Assembly (NCBI GenBank): GCA_028023455.1
Contig: JAQFVV010000011.1
Span: 4,340,001 to 4,404,000 of the forward strand
Direction of reading: 5' to 3'
DNA length: 64,000 bases
Source: Epiperipatus broadwayi
Taxonomy: Eukaryota; Animalia; Onychophora
Part shown: in pieces, positions 51,870-64,000 of the stretch
How the letters are laid out: every line of letters begins with the position of its first letter
Numbering within the stretch: the stretch's first letter is position 1
Notes under the pieces: generated by a model
The model's input: the letters and a program-made list of their open reading frames with translations, nothing else
Database searches by the model: none
Told to the model about the DNA's origin: nothing
Position numbers and translations under genes: made by a program

Positions 51870-53401
51870 CTAAAAAAAAAAAAGGGGGAAGGGTAATATA
51901 AATTAAAAATAATTGTAAATACAAACACTCGCATTAACAACAGCAATAAAAATGAATGACACTAATAAAAATAAACGTTAGAATTTCATATCATTAATCC
52001 TGACAACTAAATAGCTTCTAGAAATAGGCTAAATGAAGTCCTAAGTTAGTCAAGTCATCTGTTAAGCAGAAATATACTTTATAAGTCTATGATTCAAACC
52101 TAGATCAAATAAGCATATCTCTTTCTTAATATTTAAATAGAATCAATTCAATTTTCAGTCAAATGATGTCTATTATATATTGTATCATTTACATATATAT
52201 ATGGTACAAGTGTTTGGGCATTGGGTAAGATTTAAAAGCTAAAAGCAAGTAAAATTTAAAAATTGTCAATAGATGTAATTTAGTTTTTTAATTAATATAA
52301 TTTTTTTTTTTTAGATACATGCAATGAAAGTTATTTATGTTTGATATTATCTATTTAATTAAAGCAAAGTTAAATTTGGAAAAAATGGAAATACATACAG
52401 ATTGCTAACCCAGATAGACAAAAGAAAGTGATTAAAATCAAAGTAATGTTCTTATCGATAATTAAAGATGGCTCAAATAATTTATAAAAAAGAGAACTTT
52501 GTATCTTGAGAGCAAAAAAGCAATGTAGAAGATTATCAACTTGTATTTTGGTAATAAAACAAAGGTTAAGATATGCGCAGAGATTTCAAACTGATTGTAG
52601 GTATAAAAGAAGTGGACAAGTTTAGAGATGTGTCTTTTCCTGTATCTTTCTGGCTGTTTCTTGTGTGCAGCATTTTTGAAGCATAATAAAATGCTGCCAT
52701 CCAGGACTACACCAGAGTATTCACCAACACCTTCTCTCACAAAAGCTTCTGGTCTAGCCCTACCTAAGTATGGATTAGAAAAGTGAAAGTGTTACCGGAA
52801 TGAAGTCATAATTAATTCCTACAGAATCCTTCATAAAATGACTAGGCCCTAGCATGATAATTAATAATCCCGAGGAACTTACTGGTAAGTTATTTGCCAT
52901 ATCATAATTCATGTCTGAATCAATATGTTTGCAAACTAAACTTAAATGATAAACTTCTAATTTATACCAAAGAAAGACATTTGCTATTTTATTCTTCAAA
53001 GTGAACTGCTGGAATTAATTGATTAATGATGTTATCTGATAATGTGTGTGTGTTCTTTCCAGTTTTATAAATAAATTGTAATAATTGTTTAAATGTATTA
53101 ATAAAACTTTTATCATTAATATAAACCTTTCATTGTACATTCTTAATTTTAGTTTGTTAGATTTATTGTTAAATAATTGTGTGAGAAATATATAAATTAT
53201 CTTTGCCAATATGCTTGTTTAATAGTTAAGCCCGGGGGAAATTCATATAAAAGCTTTCATCATCAGATTTTCAATTGGATGAATGGTTGAAGAGTTGGAG
53301 TGTGTAGTAGATTGGAGCCTGTCCATTAAAGTATGAAGATTGTCTATCTTAATATATATCTGAGAACTTATAGTGTATATGTGTGAGAGATGATAATCTG
53401 G

Positions 53402-53445
53402 ACCAAGTGATGATTGCTGGTTTAGCATGAAATACGTATATTGGT
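53402..53445 (+). ncRNA. Minimal type-I hammerhead ribozyme (family B), C3G core variant
   Basis: ACCAA-GTGATGA-T-TGCT ggttt AGCA-T-GAAA-TACGTA-TA-TTGGT with a perfect ATACGTAT palindrome. Predicted cut site after 53440. Confidence 0.7.
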
Positions 53446-53875
53446 GATTATTTTTCTTTTCAGCATATATGTGCTTGAGTGTATCAGTGTTATTAGATAG
53501 AGTGGAGAGTGACGGGTCGTCTGAAAGTCTGTGCTCATATACCCTATATATTACATATATATATACAGGTATATAACAAGCCTGTGTTTCAGTTATTACA
53601 TTGTAGAGATGTCTGCTCATCCTTGCATATGTATTAAATGGATTATGTCCTGTGCATGTGGGGTTCAGATTGACCTTAGGTCAACATGGGTGTGACAAGT
53701 ATCTCGGTCTCTGGGTGGCCTTTGAGCATTTCATCATCAGATTTTCAATTGGATGGATGATTGAAGAGTTGGAGTGTATAGTAGATTGGAGCCTGTCCAT
53801 TAAAGTATGAAGAGTGTCTATCTTAATATATATCTGAGCACTTATAGTATATATGTGTGGGAAATGATAATCTGG

Positions 53876-53919
53876 ACCAACTGATGATTGCTGGTTTAGC
53901 ATGAAATATGTATATTGGT
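53876..53919 (+). ncRNA. Minimal type-I hammerhead ribozyme (family B), intact core
   Basis: ACCAA-CTGATGA-T-TGCT ggttt AGCA-T-GAAA-TATGTA-TA-TTGGT: 5-bp stem I, 4-bp stem II, loopless self-complementary stem III. Predicted cut after 53914. Confidence 0.8.
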
Positions 53920-56900
53920 GATTATTTATCTTTTCAGCATATATGTGCTTGAGTGTATCAGTGTTATTAGATAGAGTGGAGAGTGATGGGTCGTCTGAAA
54001 GTCTGTGCTCATATACCCTATATATTATAAAAGCTTAAAGTGACGAGGAATCAAAATCTCGATCTTACTTTTAGTTATTTACTGCGAATCTGTGTGACGA
54101 GAGTTAGTGGGCAACCTCGTTAAACAAATTAAAACTAACTCCGCCGACAATTTAAATCATAATAAAAATTAAGTCAGTTAATCAGAAAATATAACTATGT
54201 TCTTGAAATATCCACTCATACATGAACAGAATTTTTTTTTTTAGTTTGATTAACTAGCACTTTAAAATAGCAAAATAAGATCTAATCTATCAGAAAACGG
54301 TACAATATATATATGGTTGTTTTATATTATATAGATAAGCATTTGAATTCAAAATTTTCTAATGCAATATTAAAAAAGAGTAATATCTTCTTGGGAAAAC
54401 TATTCCATATTCTATAAAGTAATGAAAACATTACAATACTTAAAGATAGCAATGAACACCATTATATTTTAAATAAGCCACATTATGAAGCAAAAAAAAA
54501 AAGATAAACATGTGAAATATGGTAATATTTAACATAAAATTTGTATTTTTTGAATATATTACTGTAAATATTTGAGATATTGGACAAATTTATGTACCTC
54601 TCAACATGACCCCTTATTAATTAGTACTATAAATACAAAATTGGCATGTCTTACTAAGCTTAAAATAGATCATCACTTATATTCAATCTGAAGACAAAAA
54701 ATAAACTAATTTAAAAAGTACATCAGGAAAATGCATTTACATTTAATTATATTGTACAATTAAACAATACTACAACAATATGTATTGGTTGCTCAACTCA
54801 TCAATAAATTTTGTAGTTAATGAGCAATAGGAATGACATTCAAATTAAGAATAATTGTAAATCAGGAATATCTCTTTCTGGTAAGTGGAATATGACATTA
54901 TTTCAAGTCTTTTCTTTCCCTGCTCTGTAATCTTTCTGCATTTTCTTTTATCTTAGGATAGCATAGAGTCTAACTTTTTTTTCTTTTTACATATATAAAT
55001 ACAAATATATAAAATATTAAAAATCGCTAGCATTGAAAAAACTGCAATTGGGACTGGTTTAGCGGAACGGTAATTCTTACTTGGTGATTCTACCTGAAGT
55101 AGCCGCAATCAACAATGAATCAAAGTGAAAGTGGATTAGGGTAATAGTTCCATTTGAAAAATAATTGAATATTTTGGAAATCCTATTTAAATCCTCTTCT
55201 GTTACTAACAAATGTAGAAGATTTAGAAAAGATAATTTAATAATCAACAGTCTTGTGGCTAGTTTGTCTGATTGCAGTTTGCTCATTTAACTAATATCAG
55301 CAATAAAAATGATAAAACAGGGGGTAATAATGGTAACAAAAATAATTATTACAATTTTCTTTTAAAACAGATTCATGGAATGTTTAAACATTGCTTGAAA
55401 AGAACTATTCAAGGTCTGGTTGTAGTTCCATGTTTTTTTGGAAGGGCAGATCATTAAGCGAAAAGAGATTACAAGATGTTGGATTTGCTATAAGATTTAA
55501 TTCACTATCTTCTATTCAAATTTTTAATGCATCAACAAATAAAATAATTGATAGATTATTGTTTGGTAGTTCATAACAAGTCAGAACCAAGAAATGAGGG
55601 AGTCATAATTTATATACCTTTAGTTCCAAAGTTTACCATTTTAATATTGTAATAAACTATGAAGAGTAATGCATCAATGAAAGGCAAATATTAAATACGA
55701 TTTATGCAGTTTTTAGCAGTGATTACGCTGAACATCAGATTCATCAAGTTCAGAAAAAAAAAAAAAAGAATGTATTGCTCATTGCACAGTGTTACTGTAT
55801 TAATACTATTAAAAGATCAAATTTTTCTTGGAGACTTAAAATATGGCCTAAGAATAATAGCAAACAATGGTCAAAAATTATTGAAAATAATTGTAATGGC
55901 TTCTTAATTTGAATAGTATAATAAATATTAAATCTTTGTCCAGTACATGGATTGATTATTACCCATTCACACTCAGAGTAATGGCACATTATGTTATGGT
56001 CAATATTATATGGGCACTTGTAGAATATAAGACAAATGAACATAACACAGAATAATATATTTCAAAACTAAAATGAAAATTGAGTTAAAAAATAAACTCT
56101 AACTAAAACACAATGAAATAAAAAAAATTATTCTTCAGAAATAACATCAACTTATGTTAAAGCTTCATAACTGTTAAATATTAATATCTTTAAATTGGAT
56201 TTTAAATCTTGTTATATTATTGGGTCATGAAATTCTCTTTTAAGAAAGCATATTTGGTTTGTTCAAAGACTTAACTCAAAATAAAACACCTATCATTGAT
56301 GTGATTAAAAGAAAATGTCATTTTGTTCTTGACAGAATAATAAATGATATGTGAAACTAATAGATATTTAAAGACAGAAATTCAATAACTGGCAAACAGA
56401 AACTTTAGGGATGGATTAAAACTGGGGGGGAAAAAAGGTCAGATGCAGATTCATAATCACTTTAGATCTTTTTTTTACATCATGAAAGTGTCATATGATC
56501 AAAAAAATGATATCAAAATCCCAGGAAATTGGTGATTGACATTGCTTTATAAGGTTATGATTATATTTCAAACAGATGATAAGAGTTCTGATGACTAACT
56601 TTAATGATATATTCATTCTATTGTCTCATTTAGATTTTGATCGAGATATCCACATTGATATCAATTTTATCTGCTACAAAAAAAAAAAAAGAACTTTCAA
56701 AGTCTTTAGTGAATAGATTGCTTTCAGTCATAGATGAATCCCCAAAAAACTGCAAGAAAAGAATTAACAAAGGAGTGATTCATACAATACTGTACCTTTT
56801 TCAATAAAAAAGATTTAAGGCATTTTAAAAATATCTGACCATCTATACCATATTACTTATATTAATATTATATAATTATAATGATGAAATAATCAACAGT

Positions 56901-57316
56901 GATGTTGAAAAATTGGAAACATTTAAAAGAAAAACTGATTTTAAACTAGAATGCATATTAGCTCCAACTTTTTTTTATTTTTATCATAGCGGTCTTTGCG
57001 ACAATTTATAGAGAATCACAAAGCAGATACAATATCAAAATACACTGAAAGTTTAATGGTGAAGTTTTTAATTTGAAGTAATAAAAAAAACAAGAACTTT
57101 ATTTCTTAATTTCTAGATTTATGGCCTGCTGATGATTCTGCTATTGTTGTCAATTTAAAGAATGGTTAACACAATATTTTTAATATTTTAAATATAACAT
57201 ATAAGGATTTTGTCTTGATAATTGATGTTAAAAAAAAACCCCAGATGCTTTAACAGAAAGTGATGAAAGAAATATCTGTAACAACTAATGACTTTGATGA
57301 TTAACACTTTAATATG

Positions 57317-57950
57317 TGTTGTGTATTTGAAATGCAAGCATTCCGAATACCAACAAACAAAACAATAAATAATGAGAATAACGAACAGTTTGCTACCCTC
57401 GCAACACAAATATATATATAGCTCCTATGGATAACTTCCCCTGACAAGGTATTGCTACACACATAACATACTATACACATGTATAGTTCACTTTGGTTAA
57501 CTTTCCCCGACAAGGTATTGTTAAACACATAACACAATCTATATATATATAGTTCTCTTTGATTCATTTCTCCCAACACACTTTATAAGACTGGCTGCTT
57601 CCAAGATGGTTACCACTAACCTCAATTCCCAAACACTTTGGCCCCAGTTCAATTCAGTTGCACGCGAACACATTTGGCTTCGTCGTAAAGCTCTGTGACT
57701 GTCACTATAAGCTTCTTTCAGCTGCAATTACTTCCATCTCTCTGCAACTGTCCGCTTAGTAAACTCACTGAAAAATCAACTCTTCACATGTAGCTGCTAC
57801 CCAGATGGTTTCCTCCGGCCCCGGTTTCCCAAACTCCTTGGACTTGTTCAGCTGCTGCCCATGAACACATTTTCACTGTAGAGCGCTACACACTCACTGA
57901 AACTACTGTCACATCTCTCTGCAAAATGAACTGGAAAATTAACCATCCAC
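57317..57950. repeat. GC-richer repeat with internal tandem units, possibly a solo-LTR fragment
   Basis: Two roughly 67-bp units TAACTT(C/T)CCC..GACAAGGTATTG..A.ACACATAACA, a TGTTG...AATAAA...CAACA segment at 57317-57407, and duplicated TTCCCAAA..C.TTGG motifs. Confidence 0.35.
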
Positions 57951-58907
57951 TTTGTTGCTTTCTCTATTTAGTTTTTTATCATACAATGGAATTCATCTTA
58001 GCTTTTAATTACTCATACAATTAATTATTTATTTCCATATACGGTAATGTTTTAGGTTTATAGCTAATTAATTGGTGTCTTGGGAATTCATTTCCATTTA
58101 AGGTAATTTATAGCCTATTCCATTAATTAATTAGTCTCTTATCAAGAAATATTTGTAATCAGCAAATATTTCTTGGAATTTATCGATCGCAGTTTCTTAT
58201 CACAATTAACGTAATTTTATTCCTTAATTAAATCTAACAGGTATCCATAAGCGATCTAAAATATATTTCTATTTGTTCTGGGCTGAACAAACTTATACAA
58301 ATGTCAATGGAAATATTTTTACAAAACATCATAATATGAACCAATTTAAATATCTTAGAAGCTTTTCAGACAGAAAGGCAGACATTGGATGTTGTGCTGT
58401 AGTACATTCTCCAATATGTTGCATTTAACAATTTAAAAGTGTAATTAATCACAGTGGCACAATTATTTCAATTAATTGTTTATAAGACTATGATTCTACC
58501 AAAATTGTTATATGGAAATGAGACATTAACCTAATCTTTGATACCAAGAAAAATCTTATTTAAGGATATTCCATAATATTTTAAAAATATGGCTGAAAAT
58601 TTTAGAAGCAGTAAACTTTAATAAGAGCACACTCATTAGGCAGTCTGCAAAACTTTCAAATCATAAAATATCACTTTCTATAAAATCAATTTATAATATT
58701 TATAATAAGTAATGATTATGCACTAAGAAGTTTAATAAACAATGTAACTTTGAAAGACATATTTAACAATCTTCAGCTGAAATGTTAAGATTAAACTGCT
58801 TCTTTCACTTCTCTCATTTTTATTTTTCCCAATTTCCATTGAAGGAATGAGTTATTATATGCTCTATATTTGAATATAAATATATATACATATACAAATA
58901 TTATACA

Positions 58908-59005
58908 TCTCCGAGCACTCACCTGCCAGTAAGAGTTTTAAAAACTTAAATTTAGAGCATATCTATATATACACCAACTCTTACTGGTGAGTGAGTGCAT
59001 GGAGA
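58908..59005. repeat. Short fold-back related to family C
   Basis: Arms TCTCCGAGCACTCACCTGCCAGTAAGAGTT / AACTCTTACTGGTGAGTGAGTGCATGGAGA. Shares GCCAGTAAGAGTTT with about 44596. Confidence 0.6.
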
Positions 59006-61169
59006 TTATTAATATTCAAGAAATAGTGCACAATCAAAGGTTGACTTCCTCTTTAATAATTACAAATTTTCAGCACTTTATAATAATAGATATATACACA
59101 AATATATTAATTCTCAATTCAATATCTTCTATATTTATGTTGTTCAAAAGTTTAATCTGAACCATTACAAATAATTTTACATTTTTAAATAACATTAAAA
59201 AAAACCCAGTGAAATTAATTTTAATATTTATTTAATCCAGTATATTTATCTACACTAATAATTCAACATATAATCAATATTTGTTAAAAGAGTGTTCATT
59301 TATATAATCTGGTCCCAATGAGATCCATCTCTCTGGAATCAGGAATAGGAAATATTTTTAAAAAATTCCAACAAAAGTGATCTTTTCAGAAGTCGGAATA
59401 GATGGTATATGAGACTCCAATGACAGTAACATAAATCAATAAATTTCTTTAAGCATTTGCTCCAAATTATTGAAAAAATAGAAGGCAAAACATACAATGG
59501 CTTACTGCCAAATAGTTGTTTTATTATCCACATAAATAACAATAATTAGATGGACTTAAAATACTTTGGTTTAATTTACAGCGCCAATGATAATTATTAC
59601 TGTACTAATCGGGATAACTTGCAGTTTTAGAGTTGACATAATATACAAACATTGACTTATTTTTTTGTTTACAAATGATGAAATAACAGCTTATTTTTTA
59701 ATATTCTCCGTTAGATAATACTTTCCATGCTACATTGTATGTTGCTGCTTACTTTCCTTAATAATTATCAATAGAGACCATTTCTTGCTATTACAGATCA
59801 AATAGTTTATTGATTTCCTATATTTTTAGTATGATTTTTTAATCAATATAAATCACAAACAAAAGGCATTAAATTTTTGTCTTTCAAAAATGAGATTCAT
59901 GTGCAGGATCATTTACACCTCCATTACATAAACAAACAAAATCATCTTGAGAACCATGATTTTTACAAAAAGCAAAGTTGTTATAGGCAGTTCATATATT
60001 TGAGTTCAATCCTTATTGTGGATAAAAAATTTGGACATTGCAGTACATTTTTGAAAGTTTATTTACTAAATAAAATTAACTATTAATGAATGGTCTTTTA
60101 AAGTTCCCTCCATATCATCAATACAACCAATGTCACTTGATAAATATCATTTACTCATTCTGTTAGAAGTCACACAGATTTCTCTATTAATATAAGAGGC
60201 CTGACATTTATTTTCATAATTTATCACTTTACATCTACATTAATGCCTGTAACTTTTTCTAAATTTCTAAAAATTTCTCTATGGAGATCTGTAAATCAAT
60301 TTAACAAACATTAAACAGAAGGCAATTAAAAACGTTTTTAACATGATGAAGATATAATAAAAACAATCTTTTTACTCAAAACACATAGCTAAAAATAAAA
60401 CAAATTTTGTTATAGTGTGTAATCTATCTGAATGTGAATGATCCATTAGCCAGACAATATCACACAAACCAATGAAAAACTTATTGAATTTACTAAACAT
60501 CCTTTTAGCATGCAAAACAATATCCAAGAGAAAATAATGCTCATGAAAAATAACCCTACAAAAATTTAATGAGTTTCATTAATTGGCAGATCAATATGGT
60601 TAGAGCCTGCATACTATGGCTGGTCTCCTGGTATACTTTTTTATTATGATAAAAATTTATGTCCAGGCTATGTTTAAAATATAATAAAATGCCTCAGGCT
60701 GAATTACTAAACAAAAATTATATTCATTACATTATATGTAAAAATCTGCTAGTGAAAATTATGAGGGATAAACTAATTCTCATCTTGGAAAGATATTTAA
60801 AATATTTTTTCATTAATTTTTAGCAATATTATCTATGGGGAAAAAAAAAAAAAAAAAAGGGGGGGGGGGCAACAACTGAAGACAGTTATTTATTAGCTAT
60901 AAATAATTTTAAAGTTTTATGCAGAATAATACAAAGAATTACATAATGCATTTACAGGTAGAGATAAATTTCTATCATTACAATTTTGTGGTTGAAATAA
61001 TTTAATAAATAAATCTCATTTTAATATTTAATGCAAATTAATCTATGTGTTAGTTTAAATATCTGTAAAATCTATATTATATATTGTGAATAATAATATA
61101 AATACACACATAAACTATAAGATATGTAAATACTATTTCCATATTAAATAGACAATCACCGTCTTAACA

Positions 61170-61790
61170 AATGACAAATTTTGTACTCGAGCGTTTTCAA
61201 AGGTCTAAGCCTTCATTTTCAAAAAAGTAGTTAAGAGTCCGAATATGTAAAATATGCAAATAAAGGTGGACTAGATTTTGGTTGACCTAGATTTGCCATT
61301 TCCTAGAGATGGCATAAAATGATTCTTTTTTATTTATGTTGTGGACGTCAGAAATGATATATGCCTAAAGAGCTTCAGAACATTATAAAATTGATGTTAA
61401 TGTAAAACAATATTTTTAGATTTTAAATAGAAAATTTTAAAAATATAATTGTACCAAGTATACTTTCAATGTTTTCACATCATATCCATAGTCAGTCTGC
61501 CGAGAACTTTTTTTTTTTGCTGAGTTTGCATTTGCAATCATTTCACTCTTCTCATACAACTCTAACAGCACTCGGAATATGGCCGTGATCTCTCTCATGA
61601 TTGAGAAAGATGGATGAATTAGATGTTTCAGGCTTAATCTTAGATTCCTTATGTATTAACAAATGTCGAATCATTCTGGCTCTAAGATTTGTCCTAGTTT
61701 CCCCATAATATATATAAGGACAGTTTTTTTGGCTGCAGCTTACAGCATAGACCACATTGGGTCTAATGTATTTTTTCCTTTATATTATTA
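61170..61790 (-). mobile_element. Penelope-like element 3' remnant (GIY-YIG)
   Basis: PNVVYAVSCSQKNCPYIYYGETRTNLRARMIRH...SSIFLNHERDHGH (ORF 61552-61755) fits the PLE GIY-YIG signature. Degenerate HHR-like motif at about 61184-61226. Confidence 0.85.
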
Positions 61791-61969
61791 ATGAGCTTGT
61801 TTAAATATATGTGAGTTCTGAATCTGATATTAAATTTTTCTGAGCATATTTATGCTATTTTATTACCCATATGTGATAAATAAAGTAGAGCAATTCAGCC
61901 TTTATTCTTTCTACCAACACCTGTTTTATTAATAATTTTGGTTCTGAATTGCTCTATATATTTATGTAT

Positions 61970-62512
61970 GTGCAGATTATTAATACAGATGGAAACATAA
62001 TGAATGAAATTAATTATAGAATTAAACTTGGTAAAAATAACTTGATACTAAAAAGAAATATGCCTATGTGTTTGAAAAAGGTTTTTAATAAATGTGTTTT
62101 ACCACTTCTTATTTATGGATCTGAGACTTGGGACACTTAATAGAAGAGCAATACAGAAACTTCAGACCACTCATGGAGAAATGCATGTTGGAAGTAACAA
62201 AAAGAGATCGAAAATCAATATATGGGTAAGAGAACAAACAGATGTTACTGACCTCATTGAAAAAATTTAAAAGACTGAAGTGGAGTTGGGCTGTACATAT
62301 TGCTAGAAGAGATGATAATAGATGGACAACTGAAATATTAAACTGGAGTCCAAGAGATTGTAAAGACCCAGGAAGAGACCACATGTGAGATGGATGGATG
62401 AAATAAGAAAGTGTGCAGGGGTGATGTGGAGAAAAGAAGATAAAGATCGGAGAAGATGGATTGAACTTGACAGACCTTCATCCTGCAGTGGATTGATAAT
62501 GGTTGATGATGT
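61970..62512 (+). mobile_element. RTE-clade LINE, 5'-truncated 3' end
   Basis: EINYRIKLG...VFNKCVLPLLIYGSETW...KRLKWSWAVHIARRDDNRWTTEILNWSPR...RWMDEIRK...FILQWIDNG, ending in a GATGAT tail. Frameshifted. Confidence 0.88.
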
Positions 62513-64000
62513 GCATTCTATAATAACCTGCTTATATCAAGTCAGCTACATAATGTTGAATGTTCTGTTCTATCAGCTTCGTATTGACATAGATAATAAT
62601 TGCGGTACCAAAAGTTTAAGCCCCACAAATTTTTGAAATGTTTTCACTTTAGATTTTATATCTATGTATCTTTTGTAATGGGAGGTTATTACCATTTCAT
62701 ATTGGTGTGCCGTGGATGTCCACTTTAATTTTAAATCAATACTGAATTAGATTATTATCTTCTAGCTCAGCTGTCCAATGCAAGCCTGAAATTGTGTTCA
62801 AATCAGTTAATTGTATTTTGTGGTATAAAAACAAGCAACGTCCACATAACATACATATATATAGAATTTTCTTGTGTGTTTAATATAGGGTCAATTACAT
62901 TTGTTTCTTGTAAGCCCGAGTCTGACTGCAAACTATTCCATTAATGGATAAGCCCATCAGCCAAGACTCGGTCATCTTATATTCTTGCCTTTTGTATGTA
63001 GGCATGCCAATGTCTATTCAATTTAAGAACTCTATGATAAATTCCCTTCTGTATATATTTGTATTCTTATTTCGTAGTAATTTATTAATAATTATAAAAT
63101 TGATGTATAATTTTATAGTAATACAATAAGAATCAAAATCACGTGATAGTAGCTTACAAAATCTAACTATTTATTTCATTCTAGCTCCACTGCCTATTGC
63201 AAGCTTTCAATAATCAATAAATGCTAGAAAATATTTGTTGTTAAATCTCTAGTTAGTATTACGCTATCCACATTTCCAGATTACTTTCGATTTAAAGCTT
63301 TTGTCAATGAGCAATTTTTAACCTAAACCTAAATTTTTTTTAATCTAATCTGTACCAGCAAGAAATTCAAAAACATATCAATGTTTTGAACCCAAGATTT
63401 TTTTTTAATATAATTATCAACATCTGATATCAATTCAGGATGGTGACCCAGTTTAACAACTGTAGGCATTTTTACTATTTGGCCAGAACTGATTGATAAT
63501 ACACATCCACCCAAAGACATATAAAAGATTGCCACTAAATGTTCCAAAATCTTCACTGATAAAGGCTTTAAATCAGAAGTTAATCTAGAAACATGGACAG
63601 AACATCAGTGATAAGGATTTAATAAATACTATATATAGCCTTTCTTGATTACTCAAACTCACTATAAAAGGCAGTGCTGGAGTGAAATATGCTTTTATAA
63701 AATGTTTTAAAAAAACGACAAAATTATAACTTGACTACAAATAGTAATGGCAAAATATATTAACCTTCACTTTCCAGTATGCTGAGTAGAGGTTTTTTGC
63801 TTCGAATAATTTGAGACTTATGATTTGTAACGCCATGAAAATCTAATTCGATAAAGTTTTTAAAAGGAATTTGTTCTTCTTTCAATCGCCAATACAATGT
63901 ATCAAATCCTGCTCCAACATTAATGATTTGACAATTACCCTTGGTTAACTACAGGAAATATAAAATATATAAAGACTTAAGTTACATTTTAATATCGAAA

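Larger units (their letters stand above)
53257..54025 (+). mobile_element. Retrozyme-like insertion: 1.6 copies of a 474-nt unit with tandem hammerheads
   Basis: 299-bp direct repeats 53255-53553 and 53729-54027 (12 substitutions counted, about 96%). 11-bp TSD TATAAAAGCTT (53246-53256, 54026-54036). One HHR per repeat. Confidence 0.85.

Noticed and set aside
53250-53270. Minus-strand CTGATGA-T-GAAA-GC-TT as a stem II-less hammerhead
   Set aside because: No stem II, no stem I pairing, and it straddles the TSD boundary. The second copy has a different continuation.
56991-57059. Possible + strand exon (catag|CGGTCT...TTAATG|gtgaag)
   Set aside because: Weak donor, no recognisable protein, and it sits within degenerate RT-like debris (LWPADDSAIVV at about 57120-57150).
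52000-64000. Further upstream LCMT1 exons
   Set aside because: Searched by eye for GFDTLYW-, DFP- and RGY-type motifs with splice sites and found none. They probably lie beyond the window or were missed.

Overview
AT-rich (roughly 25-30% GC by eye) eukaryotic genomic DNA, probably from an arthropod (inferred from the gene orthologues and transposon families). Two partial multi-exon genes converge tail-to-tail. On + are the last four coding exons of a PRKX/Pka-C3 cAMP-dependent kinase (stop at 20524). On - are the last four coding exons of LCMT1, the PP2A leucine carboxyl methyltransferase (stop at 29274). Introns and the intergenic space are filled with transposon debris: two hAT elements with 8-bp TSDs, a TA-flanked pogo/Tc1-type MITE, two Gypsy remnants, RTE and other LINE fragments, and a short tRNA-Gly-like SINE. 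The most distinctive content is a Penelope-like element (PLE) / hammerhead ribozyme (HHR) ensemble. It includes three decayed PLE RT/GIY-YIG remnants and at least two non-autonomous families carrying minimal type-I HHRs with palindromic stem III, many with fold-back ends and 11-17 bp TSDs. The standout is a retrozyme-like insertion at 53257-54025: 1.6 copies of a 474-nt unit with tandem HHRs and an 11-bp TSD, whose opposite strand is a nearly uninterrupted reading frame. A 242-bp palindrome at 17662-17903 carries an HHR core on both strands. All calls were made by eye. No database search or folding program was run and no ribozyme activity is demonstrated.
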